The notes under the pieces are model-generated. The model saw nothing but the letters and a program-made list of their open reading frames with translations, was not told the origin of the DNA and ran no database searches. A stretch of DNA of 64,000 nucleotides from assembly GCA_965228735.1 (NCBI GenBank), contig OZ245838.1, positions 32,001-96,000 on the forward strand. Reading direction: 5' to 3'. The stretch is from Planctomycetota bacterium. GTDB taxonomy: Bacteria; Planctomycetota; UBA1135; UBA2386. Positions 58,171-64,000 of the stretch are shown one piece after another. The stretch's first letter is position 1. Every line of letters starts with the position of its first letter. The position numbers and the translations under genes were made by a program.

Positions 58171-59595
58171 ATGACCCTCAGCCGTTTCGTCCTCGGTCTT
58201 ACCCTTTCCAGCGTTCCGGTCGCCGGACAGTGCGGCCTCGACTGGACCTCGGTGTCCGCGGCGCCGGGCGCCTGGATCCGCGAATTCTTCGAGGTGCCGA
58301 ACGGCGGACTCGTCGGCTACAGCCTCAGCGAACTGCTGCAGTGGAACGACCCGGGTTGGACCCCGATCGCGTTTCCGCCCCAGAGCAGCGGGAAACCGAT
58401 CGCGACCACCGGTGGGATCGTCATCGGCACGGCGTTCGGCCCGTACATGCGATGGGATGGCGTCGGTTGGTCGGCGGTCGCGCCGCAGCTCAGCCTCTCG
58501 ACCTCGATCTCGGGCTCCGGGTTCGGGCTGCCGGACGGGAGCTTCGTGGTCGCGAACGCGACGCTGATCGGTGGCGCGAACTTCGGCGGCTATGCCCGCT
58601 GGGACGGCACGGGTTGGTCACCGTTCGCGACCGGATTCGACGGGACGCGCCGGTTCCATCAGCTCGACAGCGGCATGGTCATCGTGACCGGTGACTTCAC
58701 GGTGGCCGGCGGCGTGGCTGCCGACGGGATCGCGCTCTGGACCGGTTCGGGCTGGGCGGCGATGGGGACACCGTTGCCGGCGCTCGCGCCCGACGTGGAG
58801 TTCCGGCGATTCGCCACCGGGCCGAGCGGCGAGGTCTACGCGATCGTCACCCACACGGTCGGCGGCCGCTCCGAGATCCGACAGTTCACTGGCAACCACT
58901 GGCTGCCGATCGGCGCGCCGCCGTTCTGGGGCTCTGCCGGCGGGTTCGACGTGCTGCCGAACGGCGACCTGGTGGTCGCGGGCTTCATCGTCGGCGTCGG
59001 CACCTCGACCAACTACATCGGCGCGCCGCTGCGCTGGGACGGCAGCAGCTGGACCACGTTCGGCGCCGGGCTCGGTCCGTACGGTGCGACGACCACGGCG
59101 ATGCGTCGACTGAACGACGATCGCTACGTGTTCGCCGGCACGTTCTCGACGGCCGGTGGTCAGCCGTCGCCGAACTTCGCCGTGCTCGAGTCGACCTGTC
59201 CGGCCAGCGCGACCGTCAACGGATCGGGTTGCGCCGGCAGCGGCGGACCGCTGGCGCTCGTCGGGATCGAACGGCCCTGGATCGGGACCCGCAGTCGCGC
59301 TCGTGTCGATGGCGCGGTCCCCGGCGCCGCGTTGCTGGGCGTGCTCGGTTGGCAGGCGGTCAACGTGCCGCTCGCGCAGATCCATCCCGCCGCCGCGCCG
59401 GGCTGCGCGCTGCGGAACAGCGTCGACGCGACGTTGCTGCTCGGCGCGCCCGAGCTGTCGATCCAGGTCCCGAACGATCCCGGCCTCGTCGGCGTCGTCG
59501 TGCGCGCCCAGGTGCTGCAGGGCGAGTTCTCGGCCGGCAACCTCGTGACGCTCGCTGCCTCCAACGGGTTGACGCTGCAGCTCGGCGCGTTGTAG
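58171..59595 (+). CDS. Secreted WDG-repeat beta-propeller protein with the shared C-terminal domain
   Basis: RWDGxxW repeats, GDFTVAGG; mature N-terminus QC. Confidence 0.85.
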   Translation: MTLSRFVLGLTLSSVPVAGQCGLDWTSVSAAPGAWIREFFEVPNGGLVGYSLSELLQWNDPGWTPIAFPPQSSGKPIATTGGIVIGTAFGPYMRWDGVGWSAVAPQLSLSTSISGSGFGLPDGSFVVANATLIGGANFGGYARWDGTGWSPFATGFDGTRRFHQLDSGMVIVTGDFTVAGGVAADGIALWTGSGWAAMGTPLPALAPDVEFRRFATGPSGEVYAIVTHTVGGRSEIRQFTGNHWLPIGAPPFWGSAGGFDVLPNGDLVVAGFIVGVGTSTNYIGAPLRWDGSSWTTFGAGLGPYGATTTAMRRLNDDRYVFAGTFSTAGGQPSPNFAVLESTCPASATVNGSGCAGSGGPLALVGIERPWIGTRSRARVDGAVPGAALLGVLGWQAVNVPLAQIHPAAAPGCALRNSVDATLLLGAPELSIQVPNDPGLVGVVVRAQVLQGEFSAGNLVTLAASNGLTLQLGAL

Positions 59596-59740
59596 CAGCG
59601 CCACGGCGCACCTCTCGGTTCCGGGTGGAGAAGTGAGGGTCGCGGCCTGGACCGCGATCCGGCCGGAGACCTGCGGGGTGTAGGCTCTCGGCAGGCTCTT
59701 CGCGGCCCGCCGCGAACCAACCGAACACGAGAGGATGTCG

Positions 59741-61120
59741 ATGAAATACCGCACCGAGCGGGACACGATGGGTGAGGTCCAGGTCCCCGACGACCGCTAC
59801 TGGGGCGCGCAGACGCAGCGCAGCCTGCAGAACTTCAAGATCGGCGGCCAGCGGATGCCGCTCGAGATCGTGCATGCGTTCGCGGTCCTGAAGAAGGCGG
59901 CGGCGCTGACCAACGCCGAGCTGACCGATTTCTCGCGCTCGAAAGCCGCGGCGATCGGCGCGGCCTGCGACGAGGTGCTGACCGGCAGCCTCGACGACCA
60001 CTTCCCGCTCGTCGTCTGGCAGACCGGTTCGGGCACCCAGAGCAACATGAACGTCAACGAGGTCGTCGCGAACCGGGCGACGGAGATCCTCGGTGGCGAC
60101 TTCCGCGCGGACCGGCTCGTCCAGGCCAACGACGACGTCAACAGGAGTCAGAGCAGCAACGACACGTTTCCGACGGCGATGCACATCGCCACCTACGGCA
60201 AGCTCGTCGAGGTCACGATTCCGCAGGTGCGGGCGCTGCAGGAGGCGCTCGCCGCCAAGGCGGCGGCGTTCGCGGACATCGTGAAGACGGGCCGCACGCA
60301 CCTGATGGATGCGACGCCGCTGACCCTCGGCCAGGAGTTCGGCGGCTACGCCGCGCAGCTCGCGCGCGGCATCGAGACCCTCGAGGACAGCCTGAAGCAC
60401 CTCGCCGAGCTCGCGCTCGGCGGCACCGCGGTCGGCACGGGCCTCAATACGCCAACCGGCTACGACGTCGCGGTCGCGGCCAAGATCGCCGAGCTGACCG
60501 GGCAGCCGTTCGTCACCGCGGCCGACAAGTTCGAGGCGCTGAGCGCTCATGACGCGATGGTCGAGGCGAGCGGCGCGCTGCGTCGGGTCGCCGTGAGCCT
60601 GATGCACATCGGCAACAATATCCGCCTGCTCGCGAGCGGCCCCCGCACGGGCATCGGCGAGATCGTGTTGCCCGCGAACGAGCCCGGCAGCTCGATCATG
60701 CCGGGCAAGGTCAACCCGACGCAGTGCGAGGCACTGACGATGGTCTGCGCTCAGGTCATCGGCAATGACACGGCGGTCGCGGTCGCGGGCACGCACGGCC
60801 ACTTCCAGCTCAACGTGTTCAAACCGGTGATCGCCTACAACGTGCTGACGAGCGCTCAGCTCATCGCCGACGCGTGTCGGAGCTTCCTCGACAACTGCGT
60901 CGCCGGCATCGAGCCGAACACGTCGCGGATCGCCGAGCTGGTCGATCAGAGCCTGATGCTCGTCACCGCACTCAACAACCACATCGGCTACTACAAGGCC
61001 GCGGAGATCGCGCAGAAGGCGCACGCCGACGGGACCACGCTCAGGGAAGCCGCGCTCGCGCTCGGGCATCTCACGGCGGCCGAGTTCGATCGGATCGTCG
61101 TGCCGGCGCAGATGGTGTGA
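59741..61120 (+). CDS. fumC: Class II fumarate hydratase
   Basis: [39 protein letters not shown]. Confidence 0.97.
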   Translation: MKYRTERDTMGEVQVPDDRYWGAQTQRSLQNFKIGGQRMPLEIVHAFAVLKKAAALTNAELTDFSRSKAAAIGAACDEVLTGSLDDHFPLVVWQTGSGTQSNMNVNEVVANRATEILGGDFRADRLVQANDDVNRSQSSNDTFPTAMHIATYGKLVEVTIPQVRALQEALAAKAAAFADIVKTGRTHLMDATPLTLGQEFGGYAAQLARGIETLEDSLKHLAELALGGTAVGTGLNTPTGYDVAVAAKIAELTGQPFVTAADKFEALSAHDAMVEASGALRRVAVSLMHIGNNIRLLASGPRTGIGEIVLPANEPGSSIMPGKVNPTQCEALTMVCAQVIGNDTAVAVAGTHGHFQLNVFKPVIAYNVLTSAQLIADACRSFLDNCVAGIEPNTSRIAELVDQSLMLVTALNNHIGYYKAAEIAQKAHADGTTLREAALALGHLTAAEFDRIVVPAQMV

Positions 61121-61263
61121 CGGCGCGCGGGCGACCCCGCGCGTGCCGATCAGCCGATCACGATCGCCACGGCCTCGGTCGTCGCCGCGCCGAGCGGGAG
61201 GCTCGGATCCGGGACGAAGAACTGCGCGGCCAGCTCGAGGCCGGCGAACGGCGGAGGCCGGGA

Positions 61264-61620
61264 TCAGCGCGGTCCGACCCAGCCGACCGAGTACGCGAAG
61301 ACGAACCAGTTGATGAGACCCAGCACCGCCGCGGGGAGCGCCTCGACCACCGGATCGCCGACCCAGAAACGCGTGGCGACGCCCAGCACCATCAGCAGAC
61401 CGAGGCCAGCCGAGGCGACGGCCGCGATCGCCGGGACGAAGTAGCCGACGAGGAGCCCGAGCGCCCCGAGCAGCTCGAGACTGCCGATCAACAGACGCAG
61501 GTGGGCGAGACCGAAGCGCTCGAACTCGGCGACCATCGAGCCGGCGAGGACGCAGGCGAAGCCGTACCACAGGAACGTGACCATCGACAGGGCCCGGCAG
61601 ATCTCGAACGCGATCTTCAT
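61264..61620 (-). CDS. DoxX-like membrane protein
   Basis: EFERFGL..IGSLELLGALGLL. Confidence 0.8.
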   Translation of the reverse strand: MKIAFEICRALSMVTFLWYGFACVLAGSMVAEFERFGLAHLRLLIGSLELLGALGLLVGYFVPAIAAVASAGLGLLMVLGVATRFWVGDPVVEALPAAVLGLINWFVFAYSVGWVGPR

Positions 61621-61669
61621 CGTCAGTTGGCCGGCGCTGCGGCGCGCGGTCGGCGATTGCAGCCCGCGC

Positions 61670-62032
61670 TCAGGGCAGCGCGACGAGGAGGCAGAGCACC
61701 AGCATCGTGAACGCCGGCGCGGTCTTGCGGATCGAGTCGCCGACCTTCACGTGCATCAGGACCGCGCCCAACATCAGGGCGCCCATGCCGGCCGCCGCGG
61801 GCAGGGTCAGGCTCGGAAACCAGACGCCGACGATCAGCAGGACGGCCAACGTGATCTTGAAGAAGCCCACCACGTAGACCGCCCACGGCGGCAGGCCGTA
61901 GACCGCAAACTCCTCCTTCATGGTCTCGGCGTCACCGCCGCGGTAGTTCGTCGCCCGGCCAGATCGCAGGATCCAGACGTTCAGGATGATCAGGGCGATC
62001 GCGATCTGGAGGACGAGCAGGAAGGTGGTCAC
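61670..62032 (-). CDS. DoxX-like membrane protein
   Basis: NVWILR..YRGG..EEFAVYGLP..MHVKVGD. Confidence 0.82.
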   Translation of the reverse strand: MTTFLLVLQIAIALIILNVWILRSGRATNYRGGDAETMKEEFAVYGLPPWAVYVVGFFKITLAVLLIVGVWFPSLTLPAAAGMGALMLGAVLMHVKVGDSIRKTAPAFTMLVLCLLVALP

Positions 62033-62149
62033 GGGGCGTTGGCGGGCTGGGGCAGGGTCGTGGGGCCAGCGCTCCGGCCCCGACTGGCTCTTCGATTCGT
62101 TCGAATGCCCGGACCGGATGCGGCCGGCTCATGGCCGGCGCCGATCGCG

Positions 62150-63253
62150 TCACGGCAGGATGACGCGCGGCGACCCGAGCCCGAACGCATTGGGGCCAAC
62201 GATCGTCCGTTCCCCGGCCCGGACGAGCGCCGCCGGCCCGGCGTGCACGGCCCAGTTGTGCAGCACGTCGACCCGGTCCTCGGGGACGCCGCGGATGACC
62301 ACGGCGGTGCGCTCGCACAGGAACGTGTTTCGTTCGACCCGCACCCGCGTGCCGGCCACGTCGGTCCCGTCCTTGCGATCACGGCCGCCGTGCATGTCGA
62401 ACAGGTGGCTCAGCGACGTGCCGCGTTCGACGTTGTGGCGGGCGACGTAGCCCGAGCCGGGCCGGCCCGTGCCGGCGATCGAGTGCCGGTTCCAGTCGAA
62501 CAGATTGCGTTCGATGGTGGAGAACGCGACGTCGTGGCAGATGCCGTAGCCGAGGCCCTGGCGCTGATTGTGGTGGATGAAGCAGTGCTGGACCAGATGG
62601 CCGTCGCCGCCGCGCAGATCGATCGCGGCGTGGCTCCAGCCGGCCAGCTCGCAGTTGTCGATCCGCAGCCGATCGTGGCGGGTGCGGATGCCGTCCGAGG
62701 TCGGCAGCGCGTAATAGCGCGTGCGTCCCGGCGGGTGGTCGCCTCGGAACGAGCGGCGATGATGGTCGAGCCGGCGTTCGGGGTCGGGGCCGCGGAGCCG
62801 CAGGCCGCTCACCCGCGCGGCGTCGCCGGTGACGCGGATCAGCGGACGGGTCGCGAGGTGGTCGGAGAACAGCAGCGCGCCCGGTGAGCCGCCGTGGCCC
62901 CGGTCGCTCGCGAGCGTCACCCCCGCGGGGATCTCGAGGACGAGCCCGTCGATGAGACACGCGGCCGTCAGATCGATCGTGACGTCACCCGGCACGAACA
63001 CGACCTCCCCGGGCTCGGCCGTCGCGAGGGCATGCGTCAGGCTGTCGAGATCACGCACGGTGCGGTCGCCGGCAGTCACCACGTCGGCATAGCCCGGCCC
63101 GCCGCCGATCGGCCCGCGGTCGTTGCCCTCCGCGCCGTAGGTGACCCCGTCGATCGTGACCGCGGTGCGCTCGGGCACGGTGGTGTCGGCGCCGTAGAGG
63201 CCGGTCTGCTGCGGCGAGGCGAGCGCGAGAACGACGAGCGCAGCGAGGGTCAT
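62150..63253 (-). CDS. Secreted right-handed beta-helix protein
   Basis: IDNCELAGW, HCFIHHNQRQGLGYG, NRHSIAG, FDMHG. Confidence 0.8.
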   Translation of the reverse strand: MTLAALVVLALASPQQTGLYGADTTVPERTAVTIDGVTYGAEGNDRGPIGGGPGYADVVTAGDRTVRDLDSLTHALATAEPGEVVFVPGDVTIDLTAACLIDGLVLEIPAGVTLASDRGHGGSPGALLFSDHLATRPLIRVTGDAARVSGLRLRGPDPERRLDHHRRSFRGDHPPGRTRYYALPTSDGIRTRHDRLRIDNCELAGWSHAAIDLRGGDGHLVQHCFIHHNQRQGLGYGICHDVAFSTIERNLFDWNRHSIAGTGRPGSGYVARHNVERGTSLSHLFDMHGGRDRKDGTDVAGTRVRVERNTFLCERTAVVIRGVPEDRVDVLHNWAVHAGPAALVRAGERTIVGPNAFGLGSPRVILP

Positions 63254-63310
63254 GCCGGGCAGGATAACCGGCGATCGCGCGCGGCTCGCGGCGATGACTT
63301 CGAGAACTGG

Positions 63311-64000
63311 CTACCGGTGCTGCCAGCCTGCGGCCAGCTTTCGGAACTTCGCCTCGTGTTCGCGGATCATCGCATCCGTGAGCGGGTTCCTGCGCGGGAC
63401 GACCTCGAACTCGCCGTCGCCGTGAATCAGCAGGTTGGGGCGGAAGCCCTCGACGTAACCCGCGGGCGGCAGGCGGTCGTGGGCCATGCGGCGCTCCGAC
63501 GTCGCGGTGTCGACGAGCTCGGACCGGCTGATCGCGCCGTCGCGGTCGCGGTCGTAGGCCGCGACGTAGTTCTTGGTGCGGGTGGTCGCCGCGACCGGGT
63601 CGGCGCTCAGTCCGGGGAACGCGCTCTCGACTGCGGCGGCGATCTCGCGACCATCGAGCACGGCGTTCTGATCCGCATCGACGAAGCCGAAGATCGCGTT
63701 CAGCGATCTGCGGTTGCTCTCGCGGCGCGCGACGTCGTCGCCGATCGGGTGACGCGCGACGACCCAGTCGTTGAGGCCGTGTTCATCGAGGAACGCGACG
63801 TTGGGAAACACCCAGGCGATGACGCCGGCGGCGCGCACGCCGAGGGTGACGCGTTGATCCCACGTGACCTCGGCGCCCTCCGGGCGCGGGGGCAGCATCT
63901 GCTGCTGCGACTCGCAGAAGGTGCGGAGGGTGTCGTTCCGGGCGTGGATTGTAGGCGACGGGCGGCGAGCCGTGGGCGGCCGGCCCGGACGGTCCTGAGC
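63311..64000 (-). CDS. Partial CDS (5' end outside the window): probable GT-C-type glycosyltransferase C-terminal region with an EF-hand pair
   Basis: Frame open to the window edge; AAGVIAW..LDEHGLNDWVVAR; DADQNAVLDGRE and DRDRDGAISRSE; AHDR..PAGY. Confidence 0.6.
   Translation of the reverse strand, partial: AQDRPGRPPTARRPSPTIHARNDTLRTFCESQQQMLPPRPEGAEVTWDQRVTLGVRAAGVIAWVFPNVAFLDEHGLNDWVVARHPIGDDVARRESNRRSLNAIFGFVDADQNAVLDGREIAAAVESAFPGLSADPVAATTRTKNYVAAYDRDRDGAISRSELVDTATSERRMAHDRLPPAGYVEGFRPNLLIHGDGEFEVVPRRNPLTDAMIREHEAKFRKLAAGWQHR

Overview
High-GC bacterial chromosome segment, most likely Planctomycetota (inferred from ECF sigma/Ser-Thr kinase pairs, an ECF with a long exported extension, and many signal-peptide proteins with a shared C-terminal domain). 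Housekeeping content: a SAM-I riboswitch-controlled hom-metX-metB operon, an SSS symporter, a UvrD/PcrA helicase, CrcB, GltX, Pip, FumC and tRNA-Ala(GGC). Three things stand out. (1) A secreted thioredoxin-fold gene has two consecutive in-frame TGA codons right after its signal peptide (Q-U-U-G-G), followed by a SECIS-like hairpin; this is a candidate tandem-selenocysteine protein that ORF callers truncate. (2) A ~7.5 kb capsid-less, PICI-like phage satellite is integrated in tRNA-Ala. It has 47-bp att repeats, arm-type repeats, an integrase with an in-frame TAG, Xis, a DnaB_N-AAA replicase with an internal iteron origin, TerS, an orphan TerL-nuclease-like ORF and a scaffold-like ORF. (3) Five secreted proteins share a C-terminal domain that may be a sorting signal. 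All product calls come from motif recognition by eye; no database searches were run.
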